Shown piece by piece: positions 1 through 7,894 of a DNA stretch of 23,586 nucleotides (position 1 is its first letter; the number at the start of each line of letters is the position of its first letter). Under the pieces are notes generated by a model. It searched no databases. It was given only the letters and a program-made list of their open reading frames with translations, and was not told the origin of the DNA. A program made the translations under genes and the position numbers. Origin of the DNA: Armatimonadota bacterium (GTDB taxonomy: Bacteria; Armatimonadota; Fimbriimonadia; Fimbriimonadales; GBS-DC); contig JBBIML010000034.1 of assembly GCA_037444405.1 (NCBI GenBank), forward strand, positions 1-23,586. Reading direction: 5' to 3'.

Positions 1-2
1 GC

Positions 3-563
3 TCAGCGCCACAGGTCGCGTTCCACATCGGCGCGGAAGCGATGGAAGCTGGCTGCCTCCATGCGCTCCCACTGCTGGCGCACATTATACAGCCCCTGCA
101 TGCAGACCTCAAAATTCTCCGAGAGCTTGCGGAACAGCGGGGCTTCGTCGCGCCATTCGCCGATGTCGAACAGCGACACGATGTAGTACGACTGCTTGCC
201 CTGCTTCACATAGTCGATCAGATGGTCTTTGCGCGAGTGTGCCCGCAGGCGGGGCAGCGCTTCGGGATAGACGCCTGCCCAGAAGAGCGTGTAGTCGCCG
301 ATGTGCCGATGCACCTCGCGCTCCTGATAGAACGACTGCGCGCCCAGTCGCACATCGGCGTAGTAGAGCATATCGGCGACCTCCTCCAGCGGGCGCCCGC
401 GCAGGTCGCGCAACTTATACAGCTCGCGCATATGCACAAACTTCAGCAGCAGGTCGCTGAGATATGCCACCACCTGCGGGTCATCCCACCGCAGGGAGAC
501 CACGAACGCCCGCTCCACCAGATGCCGAAACAGTTGCGCCAGCGGATGATCCTTGCTCACCAT
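3..563 (-). CDS. Conserved hypothetical protein (~186 aa)
   Basis: ORF with protein-like composition (MVSKDHPL...HIGDYTLFWAGVYPE...). ATG at 563 is preceded by a GAGGT Shine-Dalgarno (SD), so it is preferred over the GTG at 578. No functional motif recognised. Confidence 0.8.
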   Translation of the reverse strand: MVSKDHPLAQLFRHLVERAFVVSLRWDDPQVVAYLSDLLLKFVHMRELYKLRDLRGRPLEEVADMLYYADVRLGAQSFYQEREVHRHIGDYTLFWAGVYPEALPRLRAHSRKDHLIDYVKQGKQSYYIVSLFDIGEWRDEAPLFRKLSENFEVCMQGLYNVRQQWERMEAASFHRFRADVERDLWR

Positions 564-647
564 CGCGATCGACCTCACTCATTTGGACGAACCGCCTCAC
601 ACAGGGTTCCCACAGAGTTAATATTCCATCGAGCCGCCCTGAGTTTC

Positions 648-2846
648 CTATCGAACAGGCGCGGGCAGGCGCTGGAGATACTCATCGGGGGCGCGGGCGA
701 TCTGGCGCAGGGTGCGCTCGCTGCGCGAGGAGTAGATGGGCAGCCCTATCAGCAGCAGGGGCGCGAGCATGCAACCTGTCACGGCGCAGCCTGTATACAG
801 CAGGGAGAGCAGGGTCGCCCGCGCCATCGAGGGTCGCTCGCGCCGACCCAGCGCGCTCAGCGTGTCCTGAATCGCCACCGGCGCCGCCAGAAACAGCTGC
901 GAGCAGACCACCACCATCACCGACAGCCATGTCATGGTCACCATTCCGCCCGTAAACACCATCATGATGGGTAAAGCGGGCGACGGCGGACTGTGCAGGG
1001 CGTCATAGAGGCTCCGTATCCACACTGCCAGCGCGCCGCAGCCGAACAGCGCGACGAGCAGGCGCAACTGCCAGTGCCACACGCTGAACACCAGCCCCCA
1101 GTAGATGTTGAGCGGGTTCAGCCCCGTGAGGAACCACTGGCGCAGCTCGCCCGTCTCCACCAGCTTCTGCACGCGCTGGCTGGCTATCCGATAGCCACCC
1201 AGCCAGAGCGAGACCATCATCACCGGGAAAATCAGTATGCCCCAGCCGATTGCAGCAGGGGGCGGTAAAACCAGTCCCACCAGCCAGCCCAGCCCCGTTA
1301 GCAGGGGCGCAGGGTCGAACCGCCGCTCCGACGCGAAAAAGTGCGTCACAGGATTGCTCGTCATGCGCCTGTGCAGCCAGTCGTGCAGAGGATAGAGCAG
1401 CACGGGCGCCAGGAGGGTTTGCAGCCATGCAGGCAGCGGTCGCCACTCCCATGCGCGAATCGCGCTGCGCGTGAGCAGATAGGCAACGGCGAGCATCCCC
1501 AACCGCCACAGCAGCGGCAACGCTATCAGCACCCACGCGGGCGGTGGCGGCGGCCTCACGGTCAGACCCCACAGCGGCGTGAACGCCGTCAGCGCCACCA
1601 GCGGGTTCAGCACACCCAGCACCACATACCGATCGGGCGCCAGCACAAACCAGCTGATGGGCAGCAGCTCCAGCACCGCCAGCCTGTTTAATCGAATGCG
1701 CATGCACCACGCGCGCTGGAGCATGCTCCGGTAGAACGCGCTCAGCGGTATATCGGCAACGGTCAGCGTCAGCCATACCAGCCAGAACGCGGGACCTGTC
1801 CCGCTGACGCCATAGCTTTTCGCCGCGAGCAGCAGCACAAGCGCGCTGAGCGCACGCGCCAGCGCGACCTCTTTCAGATGCGCCCGCCATCCCTGCTGGA
1901 CGGGGTCACGCCCACGCACGACGGTGAGCAACAGCATCTGCTGCCAGCCCGCCATCAGAAAGAGCAGCACAGCCGCCGCCTGAAACCGCTGCGCGTTGCT
2001 CCATGTGGGCGTCCACTCCCATACCAGCGGGAACGGCATCGCCATCATGCCAGCGGCGGGCAGCAACCACCAGTATCGCCACAGCCCCGATGGCGCATGA
2101 AGCCAGCGAGCGCGTCGCTCCCAGCGCAGGCTCTCTGTCAGCAGCCACACCAGCGCGAAACGGCTCGTGTCGGGCAAGGTATACATCCACGACATCGGCA
2201 GCAGCAGGCGTAGCAGGATCGAACCGCCAATCAACAGCCCGAACACCCAGCTGCTCGCGGAACCGAACCGCATCCGTTCAATCTCGCGCAGGGAGCCGTA
2301 GCCGAAAACGAGCAACGCGAGCGTGAGCGGCTCCCAGATGCCCAGAATGGAGAGCGCGAGATAGAAGCCCAGCAGGATCAGCACCAGCGGGTCCGCAAAG
2401 GCGAACAGCAGCCACAGCAGCCCGCTCTCCAGCGGCGGGATGCCCATCCAGGCGCCCCACGCGCCATACAGCGGCAGCCAGAGGCAGTGCGCGGGCAGGC
2501 GATAAAACAGCGCGGGCAACCCACGCTGTAAAAGCAGCGCATGGGGCGATAAATCTAACAGGCGGAACTGATCCAGATTGCCCGTGCGCAGGTCGTTCAG
2601 AAAGGAGGGGTTCGGCAGCCGCTGCTCCAGCAGACTGCGCGCGATAAGGTGCGCAATCACCAGCGCCGCGAGCGTCAGATAGGGCGCGGCGTACCCGCGC
2701 TTGAGCGTGAGACCGAGCAGCCCTGTTAGACCCAGCGCGAGCGCACCCAGCAGCAGAGCGCCCCACATGAGGCGAACCAGCGGCTCCCCCTCCACACGCC
2801 GATACTCTAACTGCCAGAACGGTAGCTCCCGCCAGCGCCCCTCCAT
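648..2846 (-). CDS. Large polytopic membrane protein, possibly tandem ABC-2 permease-like domains
   Basis: Very hydrophobic ORF with many predicted TM stretches. Two segments (DLRTGNLDQFRLL, LVETGELRQWFLTGL) resemble the ABC-2 permease E-x-x-x-G-T-L motif. The ATG at 2921 lies inside a palindromic repeat and upstream of a -10 element (2867-2872), so ATG 2846 (MEGRW) is preferred. Confidence 0.7.
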   Translation of the reverse strand: MEGRWRELPFWQLEYRRVEGEPLVRLMWGALLLGALALGLTGLLGLTLKRGYAAPYLTLAALVIAHLIARSLLEQRLPNPSFLNDLRTGNLDQFRLLDLSPHALLLQRGLPALFYRLPAHCLWLPLYGAWGAWMGIPPLESGLLWLLFAFADPLVLILLGFYLALSILGIWEPLTLALLVFGYGSLREIERMRFGSASSWVFGLLIGGSILLRLLLPMSWMYTLPDTSRFALVWLLTESLRWERRARWLHAPSGLWRYWWLLPAAGMMAMPFPLVWEWTPTWSNAQRFQAAAVLLFLMAGWQQMLLLTVVRGRDPVQQGWRAHLKEVALARALSALVLLLAAKSYGVSGTGPAFWLVWLTLTVADIPLSAFYRSMLQRAWCMRIRLNRLAVLELLPISWFVLAPDRYVVLGVLNPLVALTAFTPLWGLTVRPPPPPAWVLIALPLLWRLGMLAVAYLLTRSAIRAWEWRPLPAWLQTLLAPVLLYPLHDWLHRRMTSNPVTHFFASERRFDPAPLLTGLGWLVGLVLPPPAAIGWGILIFPVMMVSLWLGGYRIASQRVQKLVETGELRQWFLTGLNPLNIYWGLVFSVWHWQLRLLVALFGCGALAVWIRSLYDALHSPPSPALPIMMVFTGGMVTMTWLSVMVVVCSQLFLAAPVAIQDTLSALGRRERPSMARATLLSLLYTGCAVTGCMLAPLLLIGLPIYSSRSERTLRQIARAPDEYLQRLPAPVR

Positions 2847-2866
2847 CGCAACCCGTGCCCCGTGCA

Positions 2867-2872
2867 AGTGTA
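2867..2872 (-). promoter_or_regulatory. Putative -10 element (gggTACACT) for the membrane protein gene
   Basis: Matches the GG-TAYNMT motif recurring in this window. Lies 20 nt upstream of ATG 2846. Confidence 0.5.
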
Positions 2873-2977
2873 CCCCAACAGGCAGGAAAATCAGCTGTCC
2901 AGTGAGTAGTAGCACGGGCATCCTGCCCGTGTTCCGTACCCTAACAGGCAGGAAAAACGGCTGCCCGGCGAGTAATA
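2870..2977. repeat. Imperfect 42-bp direct repeat (2870-2911 and 2936-2977)
   Basis: gtaccccaacaggcaggaaaatcagctgtccagtgagtagta vs gtaccctaacaggcaggaaaaacggctgcccggcgagtaata; 35/42 identical by manual alignment, period 66 bp. Confidence 0.85.
2909..2931 (+). repeat. GTAG-tagged REP-like palindrome
   Basis: GTAG + CACGGGCA-tcc-TGCCCGTG, a perfect 8-bp stem. This is the architecture of GTAG-family REPs. Confidence 0.65.
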
Positions 2978-2998
2978 CCCTTTACTGGAGGCGAACTG

Positions 2999-3916
2999 TT
3001 GGAGGTTATCGAAGGGGTTCAGCTGATCGATCTGAAATTTCTGGGCTATCCGCTGGCGATTGCCGCCTATTTGCTAATAGGCGACGACGAAGCCGCGCTG
3101 GTGGAGGTGGGACCGACCAGCACGGTGGAGACCCTGCTGGGCGCCATTCAGCAGGCGGGCGTGCCCCTGAACGCGGTTCGCCACCTGATCGTAACGCATA
3201 TCCATCTGGACCATGCGGGCGCGCTGGGCGTGCTGACTCAGCGGCTGCCGGAAGCCATCTGCTATGTGCATCCGGTGGGCGCGCCGCATTTAGCCGACCC
3301 GTCGCGCTTGATTGCGAGCGCGTCGCGCCTGTATGGGGAGCTGATGGACACGCTCTGGGGCGCGGTGCTGCCAGTGCCCGCCGAGCGCATCCGTGTGGTT
3401 CAGGACGGTGAGCGGCTGCAGGTGGCAGGGCGCCGATTGCTCGCGCTGGATACGCCCGGACACGCCCGCCACCATCACGCCTATCTGGACGAGGCGAGCG
3501 GGCTGCTTTTCGCAGGCGATATTGCCGGCGTTCGCATGCCGAACACGACCTATGTGCGCCCGCCCACCCCACCGCCCGAACTCGATCTGGAAGCGTGGCA
3601 GCGCAGCCTTGCCCGACTGCGCGGCTTGCCTGTGCAGCAACTCGCGCTGACCCATTTCGGCGTCTTCCGCGATGTGGCGCGCCATCTGGACGAGCTGGAG
3701 CGCCGCCTGCTCGATTGGGGCAACTTCACCCGCCAGCTGGTTGAGCAGGGGCGCGCGGAGAGCGAGATGATTACGGCGTTGCAAGAATACGGCAACGCCG
3801 AGATGCAGGCGCTCGGCGTCGACCCCAGCAGCTACGATCTGGGCGCCGGCTACCAGCTCATCGCGCTTGGCTACGCCCGCTACTGGCGCAAAAAGTTAGA
3901 GAAGGCTCCATCATGA
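2999..3916 (+). CDS. MBL-fold metallo-hydrolase
   Basis: THIHLDHAG (HxHxDH), TPGHARHH, LFAGD and LTHFG motifs. GGAGG SD upstream of a TTG start. Confidence 0.92.
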   Translation: MEVIEGVQLIDLKFLGYPLAIAAYLLIGDDEAALVEVGPTSTVETLLGAIQQAGVPLNAVRHLIVTHIHLDHAGALGVLTQRLPEAICYVHPVGAPHLADPSRLIASASRLYGELMDTLWGAVLPVPAERIRVVQDGERLQVAGRRLLALDTPGHARHHHAYLDEASGLLFAGDIAGVRMPNTTYVRPPTPPPELDLEAWQRSLARLRGLPVQQLALTHFGVFRDVARHLDELERRLLDWGNFTRQLVEQGRAESEMITALQEYGNAEMQALGVDPSSYDLGAGYQLIALGYARYWRKKLEKAPS

Positions 3917-5115
3917 GCGCGTTCAGCGTGCGGTTCGAAAATGTCTCCAAACGGTTCGGCACGGTGGTGGCGCTCCATCGCCTGAACCTGGAGGTTCAGC
4001 CTGGCGAGTTGATGGTGCTGGTTGGACCCTCGGGCTGCGGCAAGACGACCGCGCTACGCCTGCTGGCAGGGCTGGAGGAGCCGACCGAGGGACGGCTCTA
4101 TATCGGCGAGCGGTGTGTGAACGAGATCTCACCCCGCGACCGTGATGTGGCGATGGTGTTCCAGAACTACGCGCTTTACCCGCACATGTGCGTGTATGAC
4201 AATATCGCGTTTGGGCTGCGCCTGCGCGAGCTGGGCGGCTTCTGGTGGCAGCTGGTGCACTATCGGCAGGCACGCCAGATTCGGCAGCGGATTGACCAGC
4301 GCGTGCGGCAGGCGGCGCAGATGCTGGGCATCGAGAGCCTGCTGCGTCGCCTGCCGAAGGAGCTGTCGGGCGGTCAGCGCCAGCGCGTCGCGCTCGCCCG
4401 CGCCATCGTGCGCCAGCCGAAAGTGTTCCTGATGGATGAACCGCTCTCGAACCTCGACGCCCAGCTGCGCGACCAGACCCGCGCCGAACTCAAAAAACTG
4501 CAGGAGCGACTGGGCATCACCACGCTCTATGTGACGCACGACCAGAAGGAGGCGATGACGCTCGGCACGCGCATCGCCATCCTGAAAGAGGGCGTGCTTC
4601 AGCAGGTTGGCACGCCCGAAGAGGTGTACCATCGCCCTGCGAACCTGTTCGTGGCGACTTTTATCGGCACGCCACCGATGAATATTCTGGACGCGCAGGT
4701 AATTACGCTCGCCGATAAGCCCACGCTGCAGATAGGCGCGCTGTCGCTCCCCCTATTGCCTGCCCAGCAACGGCTGCTGAAGGCGCGAGCAGGTCAGAAA
4801 GTGCTGCTGGGCGTGCGCCCGCAGGATATTTATGCGGCGAACGCCGCGCCGCCCGATGTGGTTCTCTCCGAGCCGTTGCCGGGCATCGTGGATGTGGTGG
4901 AGCCGCAGGGCGACCGCAACGACCTGCATGTGCTGATTGAGGGACAGCGCGTGATTGCCCAGCTCAGCGCGCGGGTCAAAGCCAGCGAAGGGGAGCCAAT
5001 CGCGCTCCGCTTTAATCTTGAAAGCCTCCACCTCTTTGACCCTGCTACCAGCACACGCCTGACGGAAGACACATCACCCTCCGAGTCTGTCAGAGGGTAC
5101 ACTTCTACAGGGTGA
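3913..5115 (+). CDS. Carbohydrate ABC transporter ATP-binding protein (MalK/MsiK/UgpC family)
   Basis: Walker A GPSGCGKT, Q-loop VFQNYALYPH, signature LSGGQ, Walker B FLMDEP, H-loop VTHDQ, and a C-terminal OB/TOBE-like region (GVRP). ATGA overlap with the upstream gene. Confidence 0.95.
   Translation: MSAFSVRFENVSKRFGTVVALHRLNLEVQPGELMVLVGPSGCGKTTALRLLAGLEEPTEGRLYIGERCVNEISPRDRDVAMVFQNYALYPHMCVYDNIAFGLRLRELGGFWWQLVHYRQARQIRQRIDQRVRQAAQMLGIESLLRRLPKELSGGQRQRVALARAIVRQPKVFLMDEPLSNLDAQLRDQTRAELKKLQERLGITTLYVTHDQKEAMTLGTRIAILKEGVLQQVGTPEEVYHRPANLFVATFIGTPPMNILDAQVITLADKPTLQIGALSLPLLPAQQRLLKARAGQKVLLGVRPQDIYAANAAPPDVVLSEPLPGIVDVVEPQGDRNDLHVLIEGQRVIAQLSARVKASEGEPIALRFNLESLHLFDPATSTRLTEDTSPSESVRGYTSTG
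5098..5103 (+). promoter_or_regulatory. Putative -10 element (gggTACACT) for vapBC
   Basis: Recurrent motif, 15 nt upstream of ATG 5119, embedded in the last codons of the ABC ATPase gene. Confidence 0.5.
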
Positions 5116-5118
5116 CCT

Positions 5119-5352
5119 ATGCATACGATTACCGTGCAGATAGACCCGAATACGCTGGAGCGGCTTCAGCAGAAGGCGCGCGAGCGGGGCGTCAGCGTCG
5201 ATATGCTGATTGCCGAACTCCTGCAACACTGGACACGCGCCGAGTGGCCCGAATCGGTTCGTCAGCTGGCAGGAGCCTGGCAGCAAGATTTCCCTGAGCC
5301 AGGCGAACTTCGTCGTTCGCTGGAGGTTGAGTCTCCGCGTGAACAGCCTTAG
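5119..5352 (+). CDS. vapB: Antitoxin (VapB-like, CopG/ribbon-helix-helix N-terminus)
   Basis: 77 aa with an alternating beta-strand (HTITVQID) followed by helices (ARERGVSVDMLIAELL). Overlaps a downstream PIN toxin gene. Confidence 0.75.
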   Translation: MHTITVQIDPNTLERLQQKARERGVSVDMLIAELLQHWTRAEWPESVRQLAGAWQQDFPEPGELRRSLEVESPREQP

Positions 5353-5743
5353 GTTCCTGCTGGATACCGATACAGTCATCTACTTTTTCAAGGGGCAGGG
5401 CAGGGTTGCTGCTTCCCTCTTGCAGACGCCCCCTGCGGAGGTGGCAATCTCGACGATTTCATTATATGAGTTGCAAGTTGGTGTGGCGCGGTCACGAGAG
5501 CCAGAGCGCACGCAGGCACAATTGGAGCAGTTGCTGGCATGGATTACGGTGCTGCCCTTTGATGATTCGGCAGCCCGCCGTGCAGCTGAGGTTCGAGCTG
5601 AACTGGGGCGTAAAGGAGTGGCTATTGGCACTCTGGATACACTGATTGCAGGGGTTGCTCTTTCGCGAGGACTGGTGCTGGTAACACACAACCTTGCCGA
5701 GTTCCAGCGGATTCCAGACTTGTTAGTGGAGGACTGGTATTAG
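5339..5743 (+). CDS. vapC: PIN-domain ribonuclease toxin VapC
   Basis: FLLDTD, LYEL, DTLIAG and LVTHNLAEF PIN motifs. 134 aa from GTG 5339, with GGAGG at 5322-5326. Confidence 0.92.
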   Translation: MNSLRFLLDTDTVIYFFKGQGRVAASLLQTPPAEVAISTISLYELQVGVARSREPERTQAQLEQLLAWITVLPFDDSAARRAAEVRAELGRKGVAIGTLDTLIAGVALSRGLVLVTHNLAEFQRIPDLLVEDWY

Positions 5744-5778
5744 GGCATCAGATCAGGGTGCCCCCAGGCTGGATAAAG

Positions 5779-7878
5779 CTATCGATCAGAGCCGAGACCG
5801 AGCTGGCTTTCGCTGGAGCGGTCGTTGCGCAGGCTCCAGATAATCCAGTTGCGCATGTTGCCCGCAAAGTCGAGCTGTGGGGGATAAGAGTCCTGCCCGC
5901 CACCATCGAGAAAGATTGCGAGGCAGAGCGCACGCTCACGCAGGGTTCCTTTGCTGGAAGCGTTCGCTCGCCCCATATTGGCGCTGTTGGCGCGGACGCG
6001 ATACTGATCCTCGCCCCTGAGGTCGACAAAAATGCCGATGCCGTTCGCGTTCGCGCCGCCGAGCGCGAGGCTGGGCGCGTCATACTGGTCGTCGCCCTCC
6101 GCCTCATAAAGATAGCCGATGGAGAAGTCGTGTCCCGCGCCGATTGCCATGTTGAACGCGGCGAGGTAGCGGTCGTTGCCGAGCCGATCTTCGAGGTAGC
6201 CAATCGCGAAGTGGGCAGCGGCGCCCTGCACATACCATGCACCCTCGCGCGTGTCGTTGCCCTGCAGGTCAATCAGCCAGCCTGAACCGCCCCAGTAGCC
6301 TGCGCCCTGCCCGAACACACCACACCGATAGAGATCATCGCCTTGAATATCGAGCAGGGCGCCGATGCCGCCCGCCAGTGAGTGCCCATCGCTGAAATCG
6401 GCGCGGCGCCCCATGCCACAACCCTGCGCGAGGCTCGTGTTGCGCTCCTTCGTCTGGGGCGAGGGGAAGTCCAGCGGCTGATCAAAAGCGATATATTGGT
6501 CGTTGCCCAATGCATCGATGAGAAAGCCTGCACCGCGCACGCCACCGAAGCCCTGCCCCTGATAGAAGCAGCCGTATCGGTCCGTGCCGCTGCGGTCGAT
6601 CAGCAGTCCGACGCCTGCGAAGCCTGCGCCCTCGGTGAAGGCGTAGCCGTCATAGGTGTCGTCGCCCTGCAGGTCAATCAGTGCGCCGACGCCAAATCGA
6701 GCCGCGCCCAGCCCTGCCGACGCCGTGCGGTAGAGATCGTCGCCCGCCATATCGATCAGATAGGCGTAGCCCAGCACCGCGCCGCCGAACGCCATATCGC
6801 CCGCCTTCATGCGGTTCGGCTGTTCGGCAATCGGGGTCCTGAGCGCCTGCGCATCGGCGCCGTACTGATCGTCGCCCTCCAGGTCAATCAGCCAGGAGAC
6901 GGCGTTCGCCAGCAACAGATTAGCCGCGCCGCCGTAGTAGGTATCGTTGCCGCCGGTGTCGATAATGAGCAAATAGGGCAGGCGTGGATAGGTGTCGTTG
7001 GCGCCGCCGCAAAGTCGGACACGCCCCCAGGGCGTGTCGACGGTGAACTCAAACGGCTGTTTGAGGCTCTCGCGTGTAGCGGCGTCCAGCCTCTGGAAGG
7101 CATCCATCACCTGCTGGGCGGCAAGCAGACCATCGTGCCCGCCTGCCAGCAGCCGTTGCAGGTCGATGCGCTTGAGCGCGCGCTCTATTAGCTGGCTCGC
7201 GCCGTCCGGTCGGTCGTTGCCCAGCTCCCGCTCCGCATCGGCAACAGGCAGGGTCAGCAGGCGGAACAGCTCGTTCTGGCTCTCCACCTCCCTGAGCGCC
7301 GAATCGCGCCAGCGACGAATCTGGATGGCGGTGAGCAGCAGGAACGCCGCCTGCTGCTGCACAACGGCGGGCACCTGATTGATGGCGCGGAGTTGCTGGC
7401 GCACCGCTTGCGGCACAGGCGCGTTCGCCTCGCGATAGAGGGCGAGGATGGCTTGCTCCAGCGCGTCAGGGCGCTGGCTCTGCTGGCGCAGGCTCTCTAA
7501 CGGGTCGCTTAGCAGCGTGCGGCGCGTGCCCGCGCCCAGCAGGTTGCCCCCGAACTCGACGCCCAGCGCAGGCTGGGCTATCACGGTGGTCAGCCCGTTG
7601 CGCAACCGCTCCGCATAATAGGGCAGGCGCAACAGCTCGCGGATACACATGCGGAAAAAGGGCGTGATATATTCACTGTTGAAAAAGTAGTCGAACAGCT
7701 CGGCGTCGAAGCGTACCTCTTCAGGTTTCAGGTTCGCCTGTGCCAGCACGGGCGCGAACAGCGCGTCAGTCGGCGTCCCCGTCGCAGGCTGGGATTCGTC
7801 GCCAGTGGCGTGCAGAACGCACAAAGTCAGCATCAGCGCGAGCCAGCCTTTGCCGGGAACGCCGAATGGTCTCTGCAT
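5779..7878 (-). CDS. Secreted protein with about 12 glycine-rich (I/L)DxxGxDxY repeats
   Basis: N-terminal signal-peptide-like stretch (KGWLALMLTLCVLHATG). Repeats include IDTGGNDTY, IDLEGDDQY, IDMAGDDLY, IDLQGDDTY, IDRSGTDRY, IDALGNDQY and LDIQGDDLY. Confidence 0.85.
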   Translation of the reverse strand: MQRPFGVPGKGWLALMLTLCVLHATGDESQPATGTPTDALFAPVLAQANLKPEEVRFDAELFDYFFNSEYITPFFRMCIRELLRLPYYAERLRNGLTTVIAQPALGVEFGGNLLGAGTRRTLLSDPLESLRQQSQRPDALEQAILALYREANAPVPQAVRQQLRAINQVPAVVQQQAAFLLLTAIQIRRWRDSALREVESQNELFRLLTLPVADAERELGNDRPDGASQLIERALKRIDLQRLLAGGHDGLLAAQQVMDAFQRLDAATRESLKQPFEFTVDTPWGRVRLCGGANDTYPRLPYLLIIDTGGNDTYYGGAANLLLANAVSWLIDLEGDDQYGADAQALRTPIAEQPNRMKAGDMAFGGAVLGYAYLIDMAGDDLYRTASAGLGAARFGVGALIDLQGDDTYDGYAFTEGAGFAGVGLLIDRSGTDRYGCFYQGQGFGGVRGAGFLIDALGNDQYIAFDQPLDFPSPQTKERNTSLAQGCGMGRRADFSDGHSLAGGIGALLDIQGDDLYRCGVFGQGAGYWGGSGWLIDLQGNDTREGAWYVQGAAAHFAIGYLEDRLGNDRYLAAFNMAIGAGHDFSIGYLYEAEGDDQYDAPSLALGGANANGIGIFVDLRGEDQYRVRANSANMGRANASSKGTLRERALCLAIFLDGGGQDSYPPQLDFAGNMRNWIIWSLRNDRSSESQLGLGSDR

Positions 7879-7894
7879 GGGAACGCTATTCGCG

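Noticed and set aside
2870..2977. Direct repeats with 66-bp period as a mini-CRISPR
   Set aside because: Only two imperfect copies, the intervening sequence is itself a palindrome, and there are no cas genes.
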